This document shows positions 51,199-62,300 of a stretch of DNA of 64,000 bases, piece by piece. The stretch comes from Balanoglossus misakiensis (Eukaryota; Animalia; Hemichordata). The translations under genes were made by a program, and so were the position numbers. Under the pieces are notes generated by a model. That model was not told the DNA's origin. It made no database searches and was given only the letters and a program-made list of their open reading frames with translations. Position 1 is the first letter of the stretch. Every line of letters starts with the position of its first letter. Location: the NCBI GenBank assembly GCA_040954595.2, contig CM082597.2, positions 10,137,778-10,201,777 on the forward strand, written 5' to 3'.

Positions 51199-51359
51199 CA
51201 TGAGTAAGATTCCGCATGGGGCTGTGTGGCTTTCTTCAAGTAATTGTAGAATATATGTAACATGGATGTCAGTGTAGTGTTGGTCTGGTCGGCACTGGTG
51301 TCTCTGCACAGCATGGAGCTGAGTATGGTGGGCCTTTCTACAATCAACTGAGCTAAATC
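51199..51359 (-). pseudogene. INTS1: INTS1 exon B (DLAQLIVERPTILSSML...MLHIFYNYLKKATQPHAESYSW)
   Basis: tctag/gtgagt; 161 nt here (1 short of frame); array copies carry a 4-bp insertion and lack the native acceptor. Confidence 0.82.
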
Positions 51360-51780
51360 CTAGAATCAGAAAGGTAGCAGTGAAGTAAAATCAAATATGT
51401 TTGTCAAAACAACAACAATAACAACACACATAATCATTTGTGAGCTGCAAACCAACCACCATCATTTGTGCTAAGGTAGAAATGACACAAAAATTATGCA
51501 TGCAAAAGGAAAATTGAAGCATATTCAAATAAAAATCACTTGGTTCATGCTTAGAACTTTCTATATAAACTTACTCTTTTTTTTTGCACATACTCCAATG
51601 AAAATACTGTTTGATATATAGATCACAGACTTTTGCATTTTCAACTGTTTTTGTTCTAATACTATTTGTGTGTAGCCCTCACCCAGAACCTGTATGTATG
51701 TTTCACAATCATATGTCTTTATTTGTTTCTACCAGAGGTCTCCACGACTCATACTGGAAATACACAAATCATCATCTTAC

Positions 51781-51885
51781 CAATGCAAGGTCGGCCATTT
51801 CTTGAAGCTGATTGGTCGAAGAATATTTGGAGAGGAACATGATGTACGCACTGATGGTGAGTGGCTCTGTTTCCATCTGGCAAGC
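51781..51885 (-). pseudogene. INTS1: INTS1 exon A (ACQMETEPLTISAYIMFLSKYSSTNQLQEMADLAL), single copy
   Basis: ccacag/gtaaga; matches human METDPQTISAYLIYLS...DLAL. Confidence 0.88.
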
Positions 51886-53584
51886 CTGTGGTAATAATCA
51901 CATGGTTCTCTAGAAGTCAGTCTCGGTTGGCCAACTTACCAGGAAAATCATGCTATTAATCAATAATTAGCATGTAACATGAAAACCATTTTACACCCTA
52001 ATTACTTCAACATTCTGTACGTAGTAGATGCTGGAACTAGCAATGACAGAAGCACAAACATGCATAGACAAAATGCAGTGTTGCCGCCAGACTGTTTTTG
52101 CGTCATTTGACGCACATTTTTACATTTTGTATAGAGTCATCAGTGACGCACTCTGAGCGCTCTCTGAGCGCTTGCTTTGAACTGACCTCGCTACAGCAAC
52201 GGCCGGACACGACCTGATCTACGTAAATAAAAGTGTATTTGCATGCGACTTTGCAACTCAAAATGTTGCAACTTGTACGTTTTGGGCACTAAAAATAAAA
52301 TCAGCGTCGGAGCTAGCTCTGCGTGGCTGGGCTGTGTTGTTACCGCGAGCCCTCCACCCACAGCCCTGCAAAGCTCCATAGACAAAACTGGCGAAACTTC
52401 GCGGATTTGTATCGGAAGGGTCTCCTTACCAAAAACTGCCGATTTCGAACTCAAAACGTGCTTCGATCTTCGTCACTGGCCTCGAGTACTCCAGTCGCTA
52501 GCAATTTGAGCTAAAATCTACCTGATTGCTTGCGTTAAGACCCATTTTCGATGTTTATGCGTGAAGCCACCAAACGGAATCTCTTTGAATGACAGAAACC
52601 TGTTTATGGAAAGTCTGTAAGACTTCAGTTTCTGATGTAAAAAACAAAACAAAAACATATTGTTATGGAGTGAGCTGATCCCAAGGATACAAACATGTTA
52701 TTGTAGTTATATACCAGTAGTTCACAAACATAAAATATCAGAAGTTTACAAGAATTTTCTCACCAGTTTTCAAGTTTTTAAAATCAGCAATGCTGTTCTC
52801 CAGAAGTAATTGATAAAGCTTTCTATGACAAGTGACATTTTAAGACAGCACAGGTGGTAAATCAATTTTGTAGGACAAATTTCAATTTTGTAGGACAATC
52901 AAGTACTTTCCAGCAAATTTTACAAACTCAAGAAATTCCAAGAAATGTTGAAACCCTGAGATCAGGATTTGGGAAGTTACAGAATTTTCGTTTGCTATAC
53001 AATGCAGTTTTAATTCTTTTGCAAAGGAAATGTAGGGCCCGCAGCAATAATTTTGATAAAATTTACCATGTGCCAAACCAGAGACTATGGTTACAATAAT
53101 TGTATATAGTCAGTGCCATAAGGCAGTATGCTGTCCTAACAACGGACAAGATGGTGGCAACCATAGTCTCTGTCGGAGATCAGGAAAAGAGAACAAATAA
53201 TGGGTGAAAAGACAGGACAAAACTAAAGTCTGATTATACGCTGTGCATAAAATATGGAAGGAAGCAAAGGCAGTCCACTATTTTGAATGTGTCAAATGCA
53301 AAATTTGCTGAACATTTGGATTGGACGTAATGTTTGTACACACAATATTGCACCCATTCTAAAATTGTTGGATCAACTTTTATTTTGTAATTTCTCAAAA
53401 TACCGAATGATAGGATTTAAAGGCTGCATATCGTTTATTATGTACGTCTGTAAACTTGAGTGATTTTCTATCTCAGGAAGTTGGTAATCGGAAAATATTT
53501 CTGTCAACATTTGAATATTGGTCAGTTGACTCAAAATAAAAATATTGAGGTGATATGCACAGTGGTTTTCACGTTTTTGATGTG

Positions 53585-53663
53585 GACGGACGGACAGACA
53601 TACATCCATACATAGATAGATACAGATGCAACCAATCCTATAAGGTCCCAATGGGACCTAAAA
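53585..53663 (+). mobile_element. 3' end of a Helentron/HINE-like interspersed element (also at +3451 and +6902, and truncated at the window end)
   Basis: GGAC/TACA/TAGA microsatellite, then hairpin AGGTCCCA-A-TGGGACCT and an A-run. Confidence 0.45.
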
Positions 53664-53721
53664 AGCCACAATGCTCAATTTGAGTCTTTGGCTTTCAACA
53701 GCTGTAAGCTGACATTTTTAC

Positions 53722-53851
53722 CTGACGTTGGATGACATCCAGGAGGAAGTCTGGTCCTCAGCTTCTGCACAGCAAATGACCGATCTTCAAGGTTTGGTTG
53801 AGATTCTTCAACTGTTCCATGACCTGTGAGGGCAGTCTTCTTGCAACACCA
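53722..53851 (-). pseudogene. INTS1: INTS1 exon (GVARRLPSQVMEQLKNLNQTLKIGHLLCRS*GPDFLLDVIQRQ); copies at 57173 and 60624
   Basis: tcacag/gtaaaa; matches human LNQSLRLGHLLCRSRNPDFLLHIIQRQ; TGA at 53758-53760. Confidence 0.9.
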
Positions 53852-54507
53852 CTGTGAGGAAGAAATCAAGGACAGGTATCAGACATTCCGGTTGCCACAA
53901 TGGGGGTTTGAAAACCCAGTATATTCCAGCTGTGTTCATGTGTTGGTACTTATTTTTAAAGTCTGTTTGAACCATTGCTTTCAAAACAGTCCCTGTGCAT
54001 AAATGCTCTTTTGATGGTCCTAAGACTGTCAATTTATCATACATGCAACGCCTGCATTTGCCACTGTGCTATTGTTCTAACGGTGAAGATATGAGCTTGT
54101 ATTTTCACTGGTGAAAATACAGAAACAGATTTTCACTGTGTGCCCAGAACTATTTTTGAGAATGTGCTGAATCAGTGGACTATCTCAACAGAGCGTCATG
54201 TAATATCAAAATCAGATGCAATTTTGTTGGGTTATAGATATGTGAGGCCACATTATTTCACAAGACTTGAAACTCGTAGATTAAAATCACATCATCGGCC
54301 CACTACTGCAGTACAGCGTTAAAATTGTATAGCCAACGGATTGTACGCTTTTCAGTATGTTCAGATTGCGATCGCTCAAGAATTTCCAGCTGTAGTCCAA
54401 AAATCCACAGAATACAGAATTAGGTCTTATGATGTGCTAGGTTCCAATTTCTAGACGTGAAATCGTTTATCTGGGCGCATGTTGACTGAATAAAAAGTCA
54501 AACTTAC

Positions 54508-54632
54508 TGTGGATCCATTCCTGTTAACTGAGCCAGCAACAAACTAGTGCTCTCATCAATATGCATATGAGTGGAGGCTGCTGCCAAATGACTTTCAAAC
54601 TCCAAGATATCTTGTTTCTCCATTTTGGCAAG
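54508..54632 (-). pseudogene. INTS1: INTS1 exon (LAKMEKQDILEFESHLAAASTHMHIDESTSLLLAQLTGMDP); copies at 57959 and 61410
   Basis: tttag/gtaagt; matches human EKQEILAFEGHLAAASTKQTITESSSLLLSQLTSLDP. Confidence 0.9.
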
Positions 54633-54794
54633 CTAAATCAATAAAGGGATAAATGCAAATGATATGACAAGTGAAGTCTTGTCTGTATACAGACAGGGAC
54701 ACGTCTACATGTATTTATACTGAATTCTAAGTCAAGTTCTTTGAGTACAATCCCTGACACCCTCAAAGTTCCATATACATAATAAGGCACTCAC

Positions 54795-54855
54795 TTTGTC
54801 ATACACATTTCCATCATACACTTCAACATCGGATACTCCTCCCATGCTTTGTGGC
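54795..54855 (-). pseudogene. INTS1: INTS1 exon (HKAWEEYPMLKCMMEMCMT); copies at 58246 and 61697
   Basis: tttcag/gtgagt; matches human AAWEEYPTLKMLMEMVMT. Confidence 0.9.
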
Positions 54856-54978
54856 CTGAAAGAGAGAAATCAAATCATTTCTGTGATTTTGAAAACAAGA
54901 TGTGACACTATCTACAGAATGATGTCTTAGCAATGAACATTGAATTTGATTGAATGTGAGTCCATAGTTGAAACTTAC

Positions 54979-55070
54979 CAATGTTTGCCGGGTTAAATGC
55001 TGAAACAACAAGTAAAAGCAACCAGCCCTTCCAGTACAGGTTGGAAATCGCCAGCTGTGGTGGTTGGTAT
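54979..55070 (-). pseudogene. INTS1: INTS1 exon (YQPPQLAISNLYWKGWLLLLVVSAFNPANIG); copies at 58430 and 61881
   Basis: caacag/gtaagt; matches human YQPPNLAISTLYWKAWPLLLVVAAFNPENIG. Confidence 0.92.
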
Positions 55071-55565
55071 CTGTTGATATCAAAATATCAAATACTCTTG
55101 TATTAAAGTAAAGACAGAAAGACCGGGGATTCGGATTAACGTGTGTTTGTATAGTTGTTTATTTGGGAGTGGTCGTCGTGCATAATGACTGTGTAATTGA
55201 TCTCATGTACATAGAAAATAATTGAACACTTTACACCTCTATGCGATTGACAGCTGTTTGAATGGCGTGGTTATTGTTTCCCAGGGACGCTTCTGAAAAG
55301 CACTGAAACCAGATTTCTCCCAAAATCATCGTTGTTTCAAAAGCTCGTGTATTTTTCGTCGATAACTTTATGCTGTGTGTGTTTATAAAGCCAACTTCTG
55401 TCGTTGTGTGGTGTAATTCTTTATGCTTGGACCTGTTTGGGCCGATTTTCATAGAGCCAAGATCATTGGTGTTGTCTGTTGTCAGTCAAATGGCATTAAG
55501 GTTCGCCACTGATTTGGGGGGTCTTTTATACCCCTCACCGGGGTTTAAAGGGCGACAATCATCTA

Positions 55566-55854
55566 ATGCACATGTGCCGAACCAGAGACTCTGATTACAA
55601 AAAATGTACACAGTCAATGCCACAAGGCAGTGTGCTGTCCTAACAACAGACAAGATGGCGGCGATATATTCTATGTCAGAGATCGGGAAAAGACAGCAAA
55701 TTGGGTGAAAAGAAGGGACAAAACTTAAGTCTACTTGTACGGTGTGCATGAATTATGGAAGGAAGCGAAGGCAGTCCACATTTTGAATGCAAAATTTGAA
55801 GAACATATGGATTGGATGCAATGTTTGTATACACGAAATTAGGCACATGTGCAT
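55566..55854. mobile_element. ~290-bp MITE-like element; a diverged, terminally eroded copy lies at ~53068-53350 in the same unit
   Basis: ATGCACATGTGCCGAA ... TTAGGCACATGTGCAT inverted termini; interior similar to 53068-53350. Confidence 0.55.
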
Positions 55855-56290
55855 AAGACAATCCTCGGCCTTTGAAACTTCACCAACGTACAACCAAACC
55901 ATGTTTTCCAAGTGCTTTGAACTCAAACTTGAATTGTTACCTGCGTACGTAGTCGCTGGTGTTGACTTTAAACATTGTTGGTACTATGGTGTGCAGCCAC
56001 CAAACAGAAACTCTTTGAATGACAGAAACCTGTTCATGGAAAGTCTGTAAGACTTCAGTTTCTGATGTAAAAAAACAAAACAAAAACATATTGTTATGGA
56101 GTGAGCTGATCCCAAGGAAAGAAACCTGTTATTGTAGTTACATACCAGTAGTTCACAAACATAAAATTCCAGAAGTTTACAAGAATTTTCTCACCAGTTT
56201 TCAAGTTTTTAAAATCAGCAATGCTGTTCTCCAGAAGTAATTGATAAAGCTTTCTATGACAAGTGACATTTTAAGACAGCACAGGTGGTA

Positions 56291-56349
56291 AATCAATTTT
56301 GTAGGATAAATTTCAATTTTGTAGGACAAATTTCAATTTTGTAGGACAA
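56291..56349. repeat. 20-bp minisatellite (AAATTTCAATTTTGTAGGA[C/T]), 3 copies; only 2 in the first unit (52860-52898)
   Basis: Direct reading of the sequence. Confidence 0.8.
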
Positions 56350-59300
56350 TCAAGTACTTTCCAGCAAATTTTACAAACTCAAGAAATTCCAAGAAATGTT
56401 GAAACCCTGAGATCAGGATTTGGGAAGTTACAGAATTTTCGTTTGCTATACAATGCAGTTTTAATTCTTTTGCAAAGGAAATGTAGGGCCCGCAGCAATA
56501 ATTTTGATAAAATTTACCATGTGCCAAACCAGAGACTATGGTTACAATAATTGTATATAGTCAGTGCCATAAGGCAGTATGCTGTCCTAACAACGGACAA
56601 GATGGTGGCAACCATAGTCTCTGTCGGAGATCAGGAAAAGAGAACAAATAATGGGTGAAAAGACAGGACAAAACTAAAGTCTGATTATACGCTGTGCATA
56701 AAATATGGAAGGAAGCAAAGGCAGTCCACTATTTTGAATGTGTCAAATGCAAAATTTGCTGAACATTTGGATTGGACGTAATGTTTGTACACACAATATT
56801 GCACCCATTCTAAAATTGTTGGATCAACTTTTATTTTGTAATTTCTCAAAATACCGAATGATAGGATTTAAAGGCTGCATATCGTTTATTATGTACGTCT
56901 GTAAACTTGAGTGATTTTCTATCTCAGGAAGTTGGTAATCGGAAAATATTTCTGTCAACATTTGAATATTGGTCAGTTGACTCAAAATAAAAATATTGAG
57001 GTGATATGCACAGTGGTTTTCACGTTTTTGATGTGGACGGACGGACAGACATACATCCATACATAGATAGATACAGATGCAACCAATCCTATAAGGTCCC
57101 AATGGGACCTAAAAAGCCACAATGCTCAATTTGAGTCTTTGGCTTTCAACAGCTGTAAGCTGACATTTTTACCTGACGTTGGATGACATCCAGGAGGAAG
57201 TCTGGTCCTCAGCTTCTGCACAGCAAATGACCGATCTTCAAGGTTTGGTTGAGATTCTTCAACTGTTCCATGACCTGTGAGGGCAGTCTTCTTGCAACAC
57301 CACTGTGAGGAAGAAATCAAGGACAGGTATCAGACATTCCGGTTGCCACAATGGGGGTTTGAAAACCCAGTATATTCCAGCTGTGTTCATGTGTTGGTAC
57401 TTATTTTTAAAGTCTGTTTGAACCATTGCTTTCAAAACAGTCCCTGTGCATAAATGCTCTTTTGATGGTCCTAAGACTGTCAATTTATCATACATGCAAC
57501 GCCTGCATTTGCCACTGTGCTATTGTTCTAACGGTGAAGATATGAGCTTGTATTTTCACTGGTGAAAATACAGAAACAGATTTTCACTGTGTGCCCAGAA
57601 CTATTTTTGAGAATGTGCTGAATCAGTGGACTATCTCAACAGAGCGTCATGTAATATCAAAATCAGATGCAATTTTGTTGGGTTATAGATATGTGAGGCC
57701 ACATTATTTCACAAGACTTGAAACTCGTAGATTAAAATCACATCATCGGCCCACTACTGCAGTACAGCGTTAAAATTGTATAGCCAACGGATTGTACGCT
57801 TTTCAGTATGTTCAGATTGCGATCGCTCAAGAATTTCCAGCTGTAGTCCAAAAATCCACAGAATACAGAATTAGGTCTTATGATGTGCTAGGTTCCAATT
57901 TCTAGACATGAAATCGTTTATCTGGGCGCATGTTGACTGAATAAAAAGTCAAACTTACTGTGGATCCATTCCTGTTAACTGAGCCAGCAACAAACTAGTG
58001 CTCTCATCAATATGCATATGAGTGGAGGCTGCTGCCAAATGACTTTCAAACTCCAAGATATCTTGTTTCTCCATTTTGGCAAGCTAAATCAATAAAGGGA
58101 TAAATGCAAATGATATGACAAGTGAAGTCTTGTCTGTATACAGACAGGGACACGTCTACATGTATTTATACTGAATTCTAAGTCAAGTTCTTTGAGTACA
58201 ATCCCTGACACCCTCAAAGTTCCATATACATAATAAGGCACTCACTTTGTCATACACATTTCCATCATACACTTCAACATCGGATACTCCTCCCATGCTT
58301 TGTGGCCTGAAAGAGAGAAATCAAATCATTTCTGTGATTTTGAAAACAAGATGTGACACTATCTACAGAATGATGTCTTAGCAATGAACATTGAATTTGA
58401 TTGAATGTGAGTCCATAGTTGAAACTTACCAATGTTTGCCGGGTTAAATGCTGAAACAACAAGTAAAAGCAACCAGCCCTTCCAGTACAGGTTGGAAATC
58501 GCCAGCTGTGGTGGTTGGTATCTGTTGATATCAAAATATCAAATACTCTTGTATTAAAGTAAAGACAGAAAGACCGGGGATTCGGATTAACGTGTGTTTG
58601 TATAGTTGTTTATTTGGGAGTGGTCGTCGTGCATAATGACTGTGTAATTGATCTCATGTACATAGAAAATAATTGAACACTTTACACCTCTATGCGATTG
58701 ACAGCTGTTTGAATGGCGTGGTTATTGTTTCCCAGGGACGCTTCTGAAAAGCACTGAAACCAGATTTCTCCCAAAATCATCGTTGTTTCAAAAGCTCGTG
58801 TATTTTTCGTCGATAACTTTATGCTGTGTGTGTTTATAAAGCCAACTTCTGTCGTTGTGTGGTGTAATTCTTTATGCTTGGACCTGTTTGGGCCGATTTT
58901 CATAGAGCCAAGATCGTTGGTGTTGTCTGTTGTCAGTCAAATGGCATTAAGGTTCGCCACTGATTTGGGGGGTCTTTTATACCCCTCACCGGGGTTTAAA
59001 GGGCGACAATCATCTAATGCACATGTGCCGAACCAGAGACTCTGATTACAAAAAATGTACACAGTCAATGCCACAAGGCAGTGTGCTGTCCTAACAACAG
59101 ACAAGATGGCGGCGATATATTCTATGTCAGAGATCGGGAAAAGACAGCAAATTGGGTGAAAAGAAGGGACAAAACTTAAGTCTACTTGTACGGTGTGCAT
59201 GAATTATGGAAGGAAGCGAAGGCAGTCCACATTTTGAATGCAAAATTTGAAGAACATATGGATTGGATGCAATGTTTGTATACACGAAATTAGGCACATG

Positions 59301-62300
59301 TGCATAAGACAATCCTCGGCCTTTGAAACTTCACCAACGTACAACCAAACCATGTTTTCCAAGTGCTTTGAACTCAAACTTGAATTGTTACCTGCGTACG
59401 TAGTCGCTGGTGTTGACTTTAAACATTGTTGGTACTATGGTGTGCAGCCACCAAACAGAAACTCTTTGAATGACAGAAACCTGTTCATGGAAAGTCTGTA
59501 AGACTTCAGTTTCTGATGTAAAAAAACAAAACAAAAACATATTGTTATGGAGTGAGCTGATCCCAAGGAAAGAAACCTGTTATTGTAGTTACATACCAGT
59601 AGTTCACAAACATAAAATTCCAGAAGTTTACAAGAATTTTCTCACCAGTTTTCAAGTTTTTAAAATCAGCAATGCTATTCTCCAGAAGTAATTGATAAAG
59701 CTTTCTATGACAAGTGACATTTTAAGACAGCACAGGTGGTAAATCAATTTTGTAGGATAAATTTCAATTTTGTAGGACAAATTTCAATTTTGTAGGACAA
59801 TCAAGTACTTTCCAGCAAATTTTACAAACTCAAGAAATTCCAAGAAATGTTGAAACCCTGAGATCAGGATTTGGGAAGTTACAGAATTTTCGTTTGCTAT
59901 ACAATGCAGTTTTAATTCTTTTGCAAAGGAAATGTAGGGCCCGCAGCAATAATTTTGATAAAATTTACCATGTGCCAAACCAGAGACTATGGTTACAATA
60001 ATTGTATATAGTCAGTGCCATAAGGCAGTATGCTGTCCTAACAACGGACAAGATGGTGGCAACCATAGTCTCTGTCGGAGATCAGGAAAAGAGAACAAAT
60101 AATGGGTGAAAAGACAGGACAAAACTAAAGTCTGATTATACGCTGTGCATAAAATATGGAAGGAAGCAAAGGCAGTCCACTATTTTGAATGTGTCAAATG
60201 CAAAATTTGCTGAACATTTGGATTGGACGTAATGTTTGTACACACGATATTGCACCCATTCTAAAATTGTTGGATCAACTTTTATTTTGTAATTTCTCAA
60301 AATACCGAATGATAGGATTTAAAGGCTGCATATCGTTTATTATGTACGTCTGTAAACTTGAGTGATTTTCTATCTCAGGAAGTTGGTAATCGGAAAATAT
60401 TTCTGTCAACATTTGAATATTGGTCAGTTGACTCAAAATAAAAATATTGAGGTGATATGCACAGTGGTTTTCACGTTTTTGATGTGGACGGACGGACAGA
60501 CATACATCCATACATAGATAGATACAGATGCAACCAATCCTATAAGGTCCCAATGGGACCTAAAAAGCCACAATGCTCAATTTGAGTCTTTGGCTTTCAA
60601 CAGCTGTAAGCTGACATTTTTACCTGACGTTGGATGACATCCAGGAGGAAGTCTGGTCCTCAGCTTCTGCACAGCAAATGACCGATCTTCAAGGTTTGGT
60701 TGAGATTCTTCAACTGTTCCATGACCTGTGAGGGCAATCTTCTTGCAACACCACTGTGAGGAAGAAATCAAGGACAGGTATCAGACATTCCGGTTGCCAC
60801 AATGGGGGTTTGAAAACCCAGTATATTCCAGCTGTGTTCATGTGTTGGTACTTATTTTTAAAGTCTGTTTGAACCATTGCTTTCAAAACAGTCCCTGTGC
60901 ATAAATGCTCTTTTGATGGTCCTAAGACTGTCAATTTATCATACATGCAACGCCTGCATTTGCCACTGTGCTATTGTTCTAACGGTGAAGATATGAGCTT
61001 GTATTTTCACTGGTGAAAATACAGAAACAGATTTTCACTGTGTGCCCAGAACTATTTTTGAGAATGTGCTGAATCAGTGGACTATCTCAACAGAGCGTCA
61101 TGTAATATCAAAATCAGATGCAATTTTGTTGGGTTATAGATATGTGAGGCCACATTATTTCACAAGACTTGAAACTCGTAGATTAAAATCACATCATCGG
61201 CCCACTACTGCAGTACAGCGTTAAAATTGTATAGCCAACGGATTGTACGCTTTTCAGTATGTTCAGATTGCGATCGCTCAAGAATTTCCAGCTGTAGTCC
61301 AAAAATCCACAGAATACAGAATTAGGTCTTATGATGTGCTAGGTTCCAATTTCTAGACGTGAAATCGTTTATCTGGGCGCATGTTGACTGAATAAAAAGT
61401 CAAACTTACGGTGGATCCATTCCTGTTAACTGAGCCAGCAACAAACTAGTGCTCTCATCAATATGCATATGAGTGGAGGCTGCTGCCAAATGACTTTCAA
61501 ACTCCAAGATATCTTGTTTCTCCATTTTGGCAAGCTAAATCAATAAAGGGATAAATGCAAATGATATGACAAGTGAAGTCTTGTCTGTATACAGACAGGG
61601 ACACGTCTACATGTATTTATACTGAATTCTAAGTCAAGTTCTTTGAGTACAATCCCTGACACCCTCAAAGTTCCATATACATAATAAGGCACTCACTTTG
61701 TCATACACATTTCCATCATACACTTCAACATCGGATACTCCTCCCATGCTTTGTGGCCTGAAAGAGAGAAATCAAATCATTTCTGTGATTTTGAAAACAA
61801 GATGTGACACTATCTACAGAATGATGTCTTAGCAATGAACATTGAATTTGATTGAATGTGAGTCCATAGTTGAAACTTACCAATGTTTGCCGGGTTAAAT
61901 GCTGAAACAACAAGTAAAAGCAACCAGCCCTTCCAGTACAGGTTGGAAATCGCCAGCTGTGGTGGTTGGTATCTGTTGATATCAAAATATCAAATACTCT
62001 TGTATTAAAGTAAAGACAGAAAGACCGGGGATTCGGATTAACGTGTGTTTGTATAGTTGTTTATTTGGGAGTGGTCGTCGTGCATAATGACTGTGTAATT
62101 GATCTCATGTACATAGAAAATAATTGAACACTTTACACCTCTATGCGATTGACAGCTGTTTGAATGGCGTGGTTATTGTTTCCCAGGGACGCTTCTGAAA
62201 AGCACTGAAACCAGATTTCTCCCAAAATCATCGTTGTTTCAAAAGCTCGTGTATTTTTCGTCGATAACTTTATGCTGTGTGTGTTTATAAAGCCAACTTC

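Larger units (their letters stand above)
5380..51359 (-). repeat. Tandem array 1: ~7 near-identical copies of a ~6.0-6.3 kb multi-exon INTS1 block
   Basis: The same ORF recurs at 6110, 12305, 21117, 28438, 35726, 41747 and 48078 (spacings 6195, 8812, 7321, 7288, 6021, 6331); longer spacings are explained by insertions. Confidence 0.97.

Noticed and set aside
51195-51202. 1-bp loss at the end of exon B as firm pseudogene evidence
   Set aside because: Homopolymer (CC versus CCC) difference that could be a sequencing error; not relied on
54099-54120. Hairpin GTATTTTCAC-TG-GTGAAAATAC as terminator or regulatory site
   Set aside because: Short AT-rich intronic palindrome with no supporting context
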